A stretch of DNA of 64,000 nucleotides, from assembly GCA_964242665.1 (NCBI GenBank), contig CAXTBA010000014.1, positions 7,885 to 71,884 on the forward strand. Direction: 5' to 3'. The stretch's first letter is position 1, and every line of letters begins with the position of its first letter. The position numbers were made by a program, and so were the translations under genes. Below, piece by piece: positions 48,237 to 56,994 of the stretch. Source of the DNA: an uncultured Hymenobacter sp. (GTDB lineage Bacteria; Bacteroidota; Bacteroidia; Cytophagales; Hymenobacteraceae). The notes beneath the pieces were generated by a model. That model saw nothing but the letters and a program-made list of their open reading frames with translations. It made no database searches and was not told the DNA's origin.

Positions 48237-49100
48237 ATGGCAGCAGAGCTTTTTATTTCTGACTCCGCCCGGCCCCGAACCGGCCCGCTGCGCGTGGGCT
48301 TGTTCGGGGCCGGGCGCGTGGCCGGGCAGTTGGGCCCGGCGCTGGTGGCCGCGGGCCATGCAGTGGCTTTTGTGTGGAGCCGGCAGCCGGCCACCGCCGG
48401 GGCCCTGGCTGCTGGCCTGCCGGGCACTGCCGTGCTCACCGACCTAACCGCTCCACTGCCGCCGGCCGATGTGTACCTGCTGGCCGTGCCCGACGCTGCC
48501 GTGGCCCCACTACTGGCGGCCGTAGCCTGGCCCGCCGGGGCTGTAGTGGCCCACCTAGCGGGGGCCCTGCCGCTGGCGGTATTCGGGGCACGGCCGGAAG
48601 TGCGCGGCGGCGTGCTGTACCCACTCCAGACGTTCAGCGCCGGCCGGGCCGTGGACTGGGCCGCGGTACCGCTGTGCGTAGAGGCGGCCCACCCCGATAC
48701 CGAAAGCCTGCTGCTGGCCCTGGCCCGCAGCCTCAGCGCCGACGCGCGCCTGTTGGCTTCGGCCGGCCGGCTGCGGCTGCACGTGGCGGCCGTGTTTGCC
48801 AATAACTTCACCAACCACCTGCTGGGCATTGCCGACGCGCTGCTGGCCGAAGCCGGCTTGCCGGCCGCGCTGCTGGCCCCGCTGGTGCGCGAAACCGTGG
48901 CCAAGGCCCTCGCTGCCGGCTCGCCGTTTGGTGTGCAAACGGGGCCCGCCGCCCGCCGCGACGCGCCCACGCTGGGGGCCCACCGCGCCGTGCTGGCCGC
49001 GCATCCGGACTGGCTTGGTATCTATAACCAGCTCACGGCCAGCATTCAGGCGCAGCTGCCGGCCGCTGCCGCACCGGCCAGGGAATTGCCGCAGCTTTGA
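48237..49100 (+). CDS. Rossmann-like plus DUF2520 domain protein
   Basis: GAGRVA, LAVPD, YPLQTF, LHVAAVFANNF, QTGPAARRD. Confidence 0.88.
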   Translation: MAAELFISDSARPRTGPLRVGLFGAGRVAGQLGPALVAAGHAVAFVWSRQPATAGALAAGLPGTAVLTDLTAPLPPADVYLLAVPDAAVAPLLAAVAWPAGAVVAHLAGALPLAVFGARPEVRGGVLYPLQTFSAGRAVDWAAVPLCVEAAHPDTESLLLALARSLSADARLLASAGRLRLHVAAVFANNFTNHLLGIADALLAEAGLPAALLAPLVRETVAKALAAGSPFGVQTGPAARRDAPTLGAHRAVLAAHPDWLGIYNQLTASIQAQLPAAAAPARELPQL

Positions 49101-49126
49101 TGCCCGTTTGGGTGGGCTTACCTTTG
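49096..49126 (+). promoter_or_regulatory. -33/-7 promoter for fdx-iscX
   Basis: TTTG (49096-49099), 19-bp spacer, TACCTTTG (49119-49126). Confidence 0.65.
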
Positions 49127-49254
49127 CGGCCTTGTTGGGGACCTGCCTTGTACAAGATTTTGGGGTAGCTGGCCAACCCTTTTGTGGGTTGAGCGGTTGA
49201 TTACCAATGGCTTGCCAGTCTGGCGGCCTTCCATCTATTAAAGAATTCAGCTTC

Positions 49255-49584
49255 GTGCCCGCCACCACCATTACGTTTCAGTTCCAGGACGGCCAAGCGG
49301 CTCAAACCCACGTGGCGGCCGCCGGCGAGTCGGTGCTCGACGTGGCCCTGAACAATGCCATCCAGCTCCAACACAACTGCGGCGGCGTGTGCGGGTGCAG
49401 CACCTGCCACATCTACGTGGACCGGGGCGGCGACGAGCTGCCCGAAATCAGCGACAAGGAAGAGGACTTCATCGACCGCGCCGAAAACCCGCGCATCAAC
49501 TCGCGCCTGGCCTGCCAGTGCGTGGTCGAAGCCGGCACGCAACTCACCGTCACCATTCCGCCGCAGCACTTCCTGGGGCACTGA
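49255..49584 (+). CDS. fdx: ISC-type 2Fe-2S ferredoxin
   Basis: HNCGGVCGCSTCH, SRLACQ; GTG start inferred. Confidence 0.92.
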   Translation: MPATTITFQFQDGQAAQTHVAAAGESVLDVALNNAIQLQHNCGGVCGCSTCHIYVDRGGDELPEISDKEEDFIDRAENPRINSRLACQCVVEAGTQLTVTIPPQHFLGH

Positions 49585-49590
49585 GGGAAG

Positions 49591-49716
49591 AAAATTGTGA
49601 ATTATAAATTTTGAATGCTGACTAGTTGGTGATTATTGCTAATAATCAACCGATTGGAATCAGTTATGTAATTCATTGTCAATTTATAATTTATAATTCA
49701 AAATTTATAATTCAAC
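49591..49716. repeat. Heptamer inverted repeat (AATTATA type) between fdx and iscX
   Basis: Perfect 19-bp arms 49598-49616 and 49696-49714, plus extra units and an inner hairpin. Confidence 0.85.
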
Positions 49717-49722
49717 AAAAGA

Positions 49723-49959
49723 ATGCCTCATTTTGAACCGCCCATTCAGTGGGCCGACCACGAGGACGTGGCCATGGCGCTGTACGAGAAGTTTGGCAAC
49801 GAATTTTCGGAGGCCCGCATCTACCGCATCCGTTTTACCGACCTGATTGACTGGGTGCTGACGCTGCCGAACTTCGTCGGTACCCGCGAGCAGGCCACTG
49901 AGGGCCACCTGGAGCAAATCCAGGCCAAGTGGGTGTACGAGTGGCGCGATAACCAATAG
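49723..49959 (+). CDS. iscX: Fe-S cluster assembly protein IscX
   Basis: W.D.EDVAMAL, IRFTDL..WV..LP.F, LEQIQAKW; follows fdx. Confidence 0.9.
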   Translation: MPHFEPPIQWADHEDVAMALYEKFGNEFSEARIYRIRFTDLIDWVLTLPNFVGTREQATEGHLEQIQAKWVYEWRDNQ

Positions 49960-50102
49960 AGAGAGAAGGGAAAAGGCTTGGGCCGGGCGGCTCAACCCGC
50001 CGCCCGGCCCGGCCGTATGAAAAGGAAGCTCGGCTGCGTTGGCGGGGCGAGGCGATCCGGCCGCCTGTTTGGGCCCTTTCCACACTTTTCTTTTTCATTG
50101 CG

Positions 50103-50297
50103 ATGCATACCGGGACCGTAAAATTTTTTAATGAGGAGAAAGGCTACGGCTTTATCACCGACGAGGCAACCCGCGAAGATTTCTTCGTTCACATCACCGG
50201 CCTCAATGGAAATAAAATCATGCAAAACGACCGGGTGGAATTCGAAACCCAGGAAGGGCGCAAGGGCGTGAACGCCGTGAACGTGCGCAAAATATAA
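50103..50297 (+). CDS. Cold-shock protein
   Basis: GTVKFFN, KGYGFI, FFVHI, GRKG.NAVNV. Confidence 0.95.
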   Translation: MHTGTVKFFNEEKGYGFITDEATREDFFVHITGLNGNKIMQNDRVEFETQEGRKGVNAVNVRKI

Positions 50298-50322
50298 TTC
50301 CGCGCTCCGCGCTCTAATTTAA

Positions 50323-50358
50323 GAAAAAGCTTTCTGGCCCGGCCGAAAAGCTTTTTTT
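50323..50358 (+). terminator. Terminator after the cold-shock gene
   Basis: AAAAAGCTTT...AAAGCTTTTTTT. Confidence 0.75.
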
Positions 50359-50442
50359 GTGCCCGGGGCCCTGGGGTACGGATACTGTGGCGGTGCCTGG
50401 CCTTTTGTGCCCGACCTTTGCGGTACGTTTCGCGCCGTTCCC

Positions 50443-51375
50443 ATGCCCGCCTCTTATTTTGCGCTGCCGCCCACCGGGCTGCCAGTCCCCGGCGCGTCGG
50501 GCGGCGCGGCGCGAGGGCGGTTGCTGGCCGGCCTGGTGCGCTGGCCCAACCTGCTCATCATGCTCCTAAGCCTGGCGTTGGTACGGGCGGGGCTGCTGCT
50601 GCCGGGGCAGCCGGTGGCCGCGCTGCTGGTGCCCCGCTTCGGCCTGCTGGTGCTGAGCGCCTTGCTGGTGGCGGCGGCCGGCTACATCATCAACGATTAC
50701 TACGACGTCAAAATCGACGCCATCAACCGGCCCGACCGGCTGGTGGTGGGGCGGGTCGTGCGGCGGCGCACCGCCATGCTGGCCCACCTGGTGCTGAGCG
50801 GGGCCGGGGTGGCGCTGGCCGTGTTTTTGTCGCTGCTGCTGGGGGCCGTCACACTGGGGGCGGCGGCGCTGCTTTGGGGCTACTCGGCCCGCTTCAAGCG
50901 GGTGGCACTGGTGGGCAACGTGAGCATTGGGACCCTCACCGCGGCGCTGGTGCTGCTGCCCGAACTGCAGCTGCGCACCGGCAACTCGGTTGTGTGGCGC
51001 TACGCATTGGCCGCTTTTCTGCTCACCATGGTGCGCGAAATCGTGAAGGACGTGGAGGACATGCGCGGCGACGCCCAGCACGACTGCCGCACCTTGCCGC
51101 TGGTGGTGGGCGTGGCCCGCACCAAGTGGGTGGCGGGTTTTTTTCTGGCCTGCCTGGGCCTGTTCACGGGCGGAGCAGTGGCCTGGCTGGCGCTGCACCA
51201 GCAGATGGCCCTGGCTGCGTGGCTGGGGGCCCTGGTGCTGCTGCCGCTGGGGGCCCTGGCCCGCCTGCTCGCCCGGGCCGACCGCCGCCATCACTTCCGC
51301 CGGCTCAGCGCTTGGTGCAAGGGCATTATGCTGGCCGGCGTGCTGAGCATGGCCCTGGCCGGCGGGGTAGGATAG
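50443..51375 (+). CDS. UbiA-family prenyltransferase (DGGGP synthase-like)
   Basis: YIINDYYDVKIDAINRPDR, REIVKDVEDMRGD. Confidence 0.88.
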   Translation: MPASYFALPPTGLPVPGASGGAARGRLLAGLVRWPNLLIMLLSLALVRAGLLLPGQPVAALLVPRFGLLVLSALLVAAAGYIINDYYDVKIDAINRPDRLVVGRVVRRRTAMLAHLVLSGAGVALAVFLSLLLGAVTLGAAALLWGYSARFKRVALVGNVSIGTLTAALVLLPELQLRTGNSVVWRYALAAFLLTMVREIVKDVEDMRGDAQHDCRTLPLVVGVARTKWVAGFFLACLGLFTGGAVAWLALHQQMALAAWLGALVLLPLGALARLLARADRRHHFRRLSAWCKGIMLAGVLSMALAGGVG

Positions 51376-51450
51376 GGGCCCACGCCCCGGATTCAGCCGC
51401 GAGCCGCTGAAATCCGTTATGAAGGGTTCATCCGTTCATTTCTTGCTGCT

Positions 51451-52638
51451 ATGCGTTTTCTACCCCTTGCCACTGCTCTGGTTAGTCTTTCATTTGCCGC
51501 TGTGGCCCAAACTACCGCCCCGTCCGATGGCGCGCCGGCACCTCTCGCCGTGAAACCCGTCCCGGCGGCCGATAAAGCCAATAAGCTGACGATTTTGCCC
51601 ATTCCGGTGCTGTTTTACCAGGCCGAAACCGGGTTTGGCTACGGCCTGGGCGGCCTGCTGAGCGGCCGTTTTGGGCAAGACACTTCCACCCGCGCCTCCA
51701 ACGTCCGCGTCCAGTACTGGCGGACGGCCAAGAAGCAGTCGCTCATTCAACTGGTGCACACCGTGTACACGCCCGGCGAGAAATACTACCTCAACGGCGA
51801 AATCAGCGGCTACGACCAACTGCTATACTATTATGGTATCGGTAATAACAGCGCCACCGAAAACCAGTCGAACGTCGCCTATAAGCTCTTCATAGTGAAC
51901 CAGCGGGTGCAGAAGGCCATTGCTCCCAAGTTGTTTTTTGGGGCCCAATACCGCCTTACCGACATCAGCCAGATAAAAGCCGAAGGCAATACCGAAAATG
52001 GCCAGCCTAATTATTTCACCCGCGACACCAACCTGAGCGACCGAGAGCGCCGAGGCACCACCGTGTCGGGCCTGGGGCCGGTCATCACCCTCGACACGCG
52101 CGACGTGGCGCTGGGGGCCTTCCATGGCGACTTGCTCGACGCCAGTGTCATGTTCAACGGCAAGGCCCTGGGCTCGGATTATAAATTCATCCGCTACCAG
52201 ATTGACGCCCGCCACTTTCAGCCAGTATTCTCAAACAAAACCATTTTAGCGCTTCAATTCCTGGGGCAGTTCCATTCCGGCGACGTGCCCTTCCGCGAGC
52301 TGGCCGGCATCGGGGCCAACATCGGCGGCACGCTTTACAACAACGCCAACCTGCTGCGCGGCATCTACGAGCAGCGCTACCGCGACCGCCAGATGATGAT
52401 GTTTCAGGCCGAGCTGCGCCAGCACGTTTTCTGGCGCATCGACGTGGCGGCGTTTGCCGGCGTGGGCGAAGTGGCCAACGGTGCCAAGGACTTCTCATTC
52501 AATGGCGTCCGCGGGGCGGGCGGGGCGGGCCTGCGCTTTAATTTCATCCGCCGCGACCGGGTGAACCTGCGCCTCGATTACGCCGGGGGCGCGGGCTCGT
52601 CGTCAGGCTTTCTGTTTGCCATTGGCGAAGCTTTCTAG
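51451..52638 (+). CDS. Barrel-only BamA/TamA (Omp85) family outer membrane protein
   Basis: Signal peptide; Y..ETG, DTRD, LRG...RYRD, G.GLRF, terminal IGEAF. Confidence 0.85.
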   Translation: MRFLPLATALVSLSFAAVAQTTAPSDGAPAPLAVKPVPAADKANKLTILPIPVLFYQAETGFGYGLGGLLSGRFGQDTSTRASNVRVQYWRTAKKQSLIQLVHTVYTPGEKYYLNGEISGYDQLLYYYGIGNNSATENQSNVAYKLFIVNQRVQKAIAPKLFFGAQYRLTDISQIKAEGNTENGQPNYFTRDTNLSDRERRGTTVSGLGPVITLDTRDVALGAFHGDLLDASVMFNGKALGSDYKFIRYQIDARHFQPVFSNKTILALQFLGQFHSGDVPFRELAGIGANIGGTLYNNANLLRGIYEQRYRDRQMMMFQAELRQHVFWRIDVAAFAGVGEVANGAKDFSFNGVRGAGGAGLRFNFIRRDRVNLRLDYAGGAGSSSGFLFAIGEAF

Positions 52639-52909
52639 GTTACCGGTTGTTGGTCGTCGGCTGGTCGCAAGTTTTTGCCTGACAGGGCATAATGAGAAAT
52701 CGACGAGCGACGAACAACCCGTTGCCCGTTGTGCGGGCCCCGGTGCTGCTTTGCAGCGCCGGGGCCTTTGCTGTGGCCGGCGCGCAGTCAGTTTCAAGCA
52801 TAATAACTGGCCTCCGCTGGTATAATAATCTAATCATTTGCTAATCAATTAATTAAATAAATTGATTTTGCGTGCGGATTCGTGCGGAAATTATTTCTGC
52901 GACAGAAGA

Positions 52910-52952
52910 AAGAAAAGTTGTTTTTTTCTTGATAAGAAAAGTTGTTTTTTTC
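52910..52952. repeat. Perfect 19-bp direct repeat upstream of the glycosyltransferase
   Basis: AAGAAAAGTTGTTTTTTTC at 52910-52928 and 52934-52952. Confidence 0.9.
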
Positions 52953-52989
52953 AGCTATTGCCGAGTATCGGGCGTACAAGCGCGGTACC

Positions 52990-54207
52990 ATGAATTCCGC
53001 AACTCCGCTGCGTTTCCAGGCCACCCGCGAGGCTGCCGCTGCTCCCACCGCTCCTGCTTCCCCGCCCGATTATGCTGCCCGCTTGCGGCGGCAGCTGCCG
53101 CCGCCCGGGCCCGCGTTGCGGGCTTGCGTCATCATCCCGGCCAAAAACGAAGCCGCCGCGCTGCCCGCCGCGCTGGGGGCCCTGGCCGCGCAAACCGACC
53201 TGGCGGGCCAACCCCTGCCGCCGGGCAGCTTTGAAGTAATCGTGCTGGCCAACAACTGCATCGACGGCACCGCCGCCGCGGTGCGCCATTTTGCTGGCCA
53301 GCACCCGGCCCTGGCCTGCCACGTGGCCAGCCTGCGCCTAGCCCCCGCCGATGCCCATGTGGGCCAGGCGCGCCGCCTGCTGATGGACGAAGCCTGCCAG
53401 CGCTTGCTGTCCCTGGGCCGCTTCAACGGCCTCATTGCCAGCACCGATGCCGATACCCGGGTGGCCCCCGACTGGCTGGCGGCCACTCGCGCCGAAATTG
53501 CGGCCGGTGCCGATGCCGTGGGGGGGCGCATCTTCACCGAGCCCGAGCTGCTGAATGAGGCGGCCTGCCCGGTGCGCCGCACCCAGCTGCGCGACGCGGC
53601 CTACCACTTACTGTGCGCCCGGCTCGAAGCCCGGCTCGACCCCCAGCCCACCGATCCCTGGCCGCGCCACCACCAGCACTTCGGGGCCAGCCTGGCCCTG
53701 ACGGCTCGCGCTTACCGCCGGGTGGGCGGCCTGCCGGTGCTGCGCTACCTCGAAGACGAGGCCCTGTGCCAGCAGCTGCTTCGCCACGACCTGCGCCTGC
53801 GCCACAGCCCCCGGGTGGTGGTGCACACGTCGTCCCGTCGCTGCGGGCGCGTCGAGGTGGGCCTGTCGTGGCAGTTGCGCGAGTGGGCCGCGCACAGCGC
53901 GGCCCACTGCGAACACTTGGTGCCCTGCCCGAAACACCTGGCGGCGCTGTGGCAGGCGCGCCGGCAGCTGCGCGATTGGTGGGGCCACGTAACTCCGTTT
54001 GGCGTGCCGGGCCCGGGGCTGGCGGCGGCCCTGGGCCTGCCGCACCGGCAGCTGGCCCGGCAGGTGCTGGCCAGCTGCACTTTCGGCCGGCTCTGGGACT
54101 GGGTTGGGCGGGTCCGCGCCGAGGCTGGCGTAGCGGTGCCGCAGGTGCCGCTGGGCGAGGCCCTGGCTTGGCTGCGGGCCCGCGCCCACACCGGCGGAGC
54201 GAAATAG
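52990..54207 (+). CDS. Family 2 glycosyltransferase
   Basis: VIIPAKNE, NNCIDGT, TDADT, GASLA, VGG, ED, TSSR. Confidence 0.9.
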   Translation: MNSATPLRFQATREAAAAPTAPASPPDYAARLRRQLPPPGPALRACVIIPAKNEAAALPAALGALAAQTDLAGQPLPPGSFEVIVLANNCIDGTAAAVRHFAGQHPALACHVASLRLAPADAHVGQARRLLMDEACQRLLSLGRFNGLIASTDADTRVAPDWLAATRAEIAAGADAVGGRIFTEPELLNEAACPVRRTQLRDAAYHLLCARLEARLDPQPTDPWPRHHQHFGASLALTARAYRRVGGLPVLRYLEDEALCQQLLRHDLRLRHSPRVVVHTSSRRCGRVEVGLSWQLREWAAHSAAHCEHLVPCPKHLAALWQARRQLRDWWGHVTPFGVPGPGLAAALGLPHRQLARQVLASCTFGRLWDWVGRVRAEAGVAVPQVPLGEALAWLRARAHTGGAK

Positions 54208-54208
54208 A

Positions 54209-54805
54209 TTACTGTTTTTCCAGCACGTCGAGCCGGTATTGAGGCTGGCGCTGGCCGGTGAGGTGCCGCCAGGGCCCATCGGGACCGGTTTTTTGCAGAA
54301 AGAACTCGTGCACTTCATCGCCCGTGAGCGGGTAGTCATGCACGGGGGGCGTCCAGTGAACCAAGAGCAAATGGCCGCCAACGGGCAGGGCCCCCGCGAT
54401 GAGGTCGGCGGCGCGGGCCAGGTCGGTGAGGTTCCAGTAATAGCCCACCTCGCAGACGGTGACAAGGTCGAACGCCGCTGCGGGAAATTCGTCGGGCACG
54501 CGCAGCCGCTGCAGTGTTACCTGCGGCAAATCGGCGCAGCGCTGCCGGGCCCGCGCCAGGGCCTCCTCGCTTACGTCAACCCCCAACAGCTGGCCGCAGC
54601 GCAGTGCCAATTGGGCTGTAAACACGCCCAGTGAGCACCCGATTTCGAACGCTTTTGAGTAATGCGGCCGGGGCAGCGCCGCCAGCGAGGCCGCGTACTT
54701 GGCGTGCTCGTAAGGACTGGTTTCGAAGCCCCACGGGTCGGCGCTGGCCCCGTACACGTCATCAAAATACTTATCGCCTAAGCTGTTGGGTTGATCCTTG
54801 TTCAT
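54209..54805 (-). CDS. NodS-like class I SAM-dependent methyltransferase
   Basis: YF..Y....DPW, YE..KY, EIGCSLG, EVGYY. Confidence 0.88.
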   Translation of the reverse strand: MNKDQPNSLGDKYFDDVYGASADPWGFETSPYEHAKYAASLAALPRPHYSKAFEIGCSLGVFTAQLALRCGQLLGVDVSEEALARARQRCADLPQVTLQRLRVPDEFPAAAFDLVTVCEVGYYWNLTDLARAADLIAGALPVGGHLLLVHWTPPVHDYPLTGDEVHEFFLQKTGPDGPWRHLTGQRQPQYRLDVLEKQ

Positions 54806-55551
54806 GGAGCAGGCTCAAAAAATACTTCGAACGGCTGGTTGAATTTGGCCAGCATATCGTCAGCCAATAAAAACCCCGTCGCGTCGTCGGTGAAAATGCC
54901 GGGGGCCACCTGCGAACGGTGGGCCGCAATGGCCCGCAGCTTCTGGGGCAGTACAGCATCTATGGCCAGGCGGAACCCGGCCACACGGTCGTCGGGCTGG
55001 GGCAAGTCGTCGGGGGCCGCCCGCTGCCAGGCCCACACCACGTATTCGAGCTGGCGCGGCGCGGCGGGCAGCCCGGCCAACGCCGCCTGAGCCAGCTGGT
55101 AGCTGGCGCGGTGGTCGGGGTGCGGGTCGCGCCGCCAGGGTAGCAGCACGGTGGTGGGCCGGGCAGCAATGAACAATTCGCGCAGCCGGGCCCCGGCCTC
55201 GGCAAAGCCGGGCTGCGCGGGGCCCGCGGGCACAGCCCCGTCGGGCAGGCGCAATAGCAGCGGCTCGGTGTGCACATCGAGCAGGGCCAGGGCGTGGCGC
55301 AGCTCGCCTTCGCGCACGGCCCGCCGAGCAGGGGCCGAAAATAGGGCCGAGTTGGGGTGCGACATCGTGCCGTCGCTCACCAGCGCGGCGTGTACGGGCT
55401 GGCCAGCTCGCCGCAACAAGGCCAGCAGGCCCCCGCAGCCCAGGGCCTCGTCGTCGGGGTGCGGAACGACGACGACCGTGGGCCCCAGCGTGGCGGCAAA
55501 CCCGGCGGGGCGCAGCGGGTACTCAGCAAAGGGCAGCATCGCGCCGGACAT
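54802..55551 (-). CDS. PIG-L/LmbE family N-acetylglucosaminyl deacetylase
   Basis: PHPDDE, SDG..SH, HPDH, AHRSQ; 4-nt overlap with the methyltransferase. Confidence 0.9.
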   Translation of the reverse strand: MSGAMLPFAEYPLRPAGFAATLGPTVVVVPHPDDEALGCGGLLALLRRAGQPVHAALVSDGTMSHPNSALFSAPARRAVREGELRHALALLDVHTEPLLLRLPDGAVPAGPAQPGFAEAGARLRELFIAARPTTVLLPWRRDPHPDHRASYQLAQAALAGLPAAPRQLEYVVWAWQRAAPDDLPQPDDRVAGFRLAIDAVLPQKLRAIAAHRSQVAPGIFTDDATGFLLADDMLAKFNQPFEVFFEPAP

Positions 55552-56747
55552 TAGTACAACTCGTGGCCGTCGAGTACGAAGCGGCCCACGTCGGCCAGCA
55601 CGGCGTCGGGGGCGGGCTGGCGCAGGTAGTGGGTCAGGTCGCGGTGCAGGCGCTCGAACGGCTCGGGCTGGAGCAGGCCGCGCGCGCCCACGCAGCGCTC
55701 GGCCAGCGGCAGCATCGCCAGGCCGATTTGTTCAATGGCGGTGCGCACCAGGCTGGCGTAGGCCACCGCAGCGGGAAGCGCTGGGGCCCCCGCGTCGGCC
55801 GGCAGCGCCGCGCGGGCGGCGGCCCCGCGCAGCCATTGCCGGCCGCTTTCAAGCAGCAGGGCCATCTGGCCCAGGCGCTGGCGCTGGTAAGGGTCGTCGG
55901 TGCGCCCGAGGCGCTGCAAAAAGCGCCGGGTTTCGTCGAATACCGACTGGATGCCGCCCAGCTGCACGGCCGCGAACCGGCTGGCTCCGCCCCCGAACCA
56001 CGGCTGGCGGTAGTAAGCATTGGGCGGCCCCAGCAGGTCGGCGGGCCCGATTTCTAAGCCGGTGAGGTCAGCCCGGTAGCTGGCGGTGGCGCGCATTCCC
56101 AGCGGCCGCCAGAACGAGCGGTCCAGCACGGGCAGTTGCTCGTCGGCGGGCAGCACCAACATCTGCCAGCCGCGCCCTTCGGGCAGGGCCCCCGTAATGA
56201 GCGGCCGGCCCACGTGCCCGGCCCCGGAAGCGAAGGTTTTGGCCCCGTGCAGGCGGTAGCGGCCCCCGGGCAATGCTTCCAGCCGCACTCCCTCGGCGGG
56301 GTCTTCCGTGTTCCAAACCCCAAAAAGTTGACCGGCATTGGCGTCGGCAGCCCAACGCGCCAGTTGTGCCGGCGCACCGAATAATTGGATGAGCAACAGC
56401 GCGTTGACGTGTCCTTCGTAGACCCGTCCAACCGCCAGATTGCCCCGGCCGATGTGGCGCAGCACCGCCAGCAAGGCTTCGGTGGCGGCAGCATCTCCCA
56501 GCCCGGCTCCACCCAGCGCGGTCGCCAGCGGAGCCGTAAGCAACCCGGCCGCCCGCAGCCAGCCAAGCTCCTCGTTAGGAAACGTGGCCGCGGCATCGGT
56601 GGCGGCCGCCTGGGCAAACAGGCTCGGGGCCAGCGCCCGGGCGACTTGCACGGTGGCCCCGGGCGTCAGGGGCGGGGCGGTGAGAAGAGGAAAAGTAGCG
56701 TCAATAGCGGGAAAATCAGGGCTGATGTAATCAACGAGCATTGGCAC
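55551..56747 (-). CDS. Acyl-CoA dehydrogenase-like flavoprotein
   Basis: GRVYEGH, GAKTFASG, GMRATAS, RDLTHYLRQ; TAATG overlap with the deacetylase; start may be ATG 56741. Confidence 0.85.
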   Translation of the reverse strand: MPMLVDYISPDFPAIDATFPLLTAPPLTPGATVQVARALAPSLFAQAAATDAAATFPNEELGWLRAAGLLTAPLATALGGAGLGDAAATEALLAVLRHIGRGNLAVGRVYEGHVNALLLIQLFGAPAQLARWAADANAGQLFGVWNTEDPAEGVRLEALPGGRYRLHGAKTFASGAGHVGRPLITGALPEGRGWQMLVLPADEQLPVLDRSFWRPLGMRATASYRADLTGLEIGPADLLGPPNAYYRQPWFGGGASRFAAVQLGGIQSVFDETRRFLQRLGRTDDPYQRQRLGQMALLLESGRQWLRGAAARAALPADAGAPALPAAVAYASLVRTAIEQIGLAMLPLAERCVGARGLLQPEPFERLHRDLTHYLRQPAPDAVLADVGRFVLDGHELY

Positions 56748-56927
56748 AAAAGGAAAAAGCGAACGGGATAAATATGTACTTCAAAACTGCTGGCGGTGTT
56801 CGTTGGGTTCCCCGTGCCTCGGGGAATTAATTGGCCGATAATCCGAGTAAGCGCACTGATAAAAAAGAGTTTATCCGGCAAACGCCTTGCCTGTTCAAAG
56901 CGGCGCAGCCGCTCAGTGGCGGCCGGC

Positions 56928-56960
56928 TTTGGCCCCCGGCGGTGGCCCGGCGTACCTTTG
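56928..56960 (+). promoter_or_regulatory. -33/-7 promoter for purH
   Basis: TTTG, 21-bp spacer, TACCTTTG. Confidence 0.65.
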
Positions 56961-56994
56961 CGGCGGCAATAGTGCCGCCGCTTTTCTAGTTGCT

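Noticed and set aside
50443-51375. Archaeal-type ether lipid synthesis from the DGGGP-synthase-like gene
   Set aside because: This UbiA subfamily is common in Bacteroidota and no partner pathway genes are adjacent.
52800-52960. AT-rich region as a replication origin
   Set aside because: No DnaA-box cluster recognised and no origin-associated genes nearby.
56887-56994. Upstream extensions given by the ORF track (purH, mreB, nuoA, pruA, ccmB and others)
   Set aside because: The extensions overlap TAnnTTTG promoter elements and lack conserved sequence, so downstream starts were chosen.
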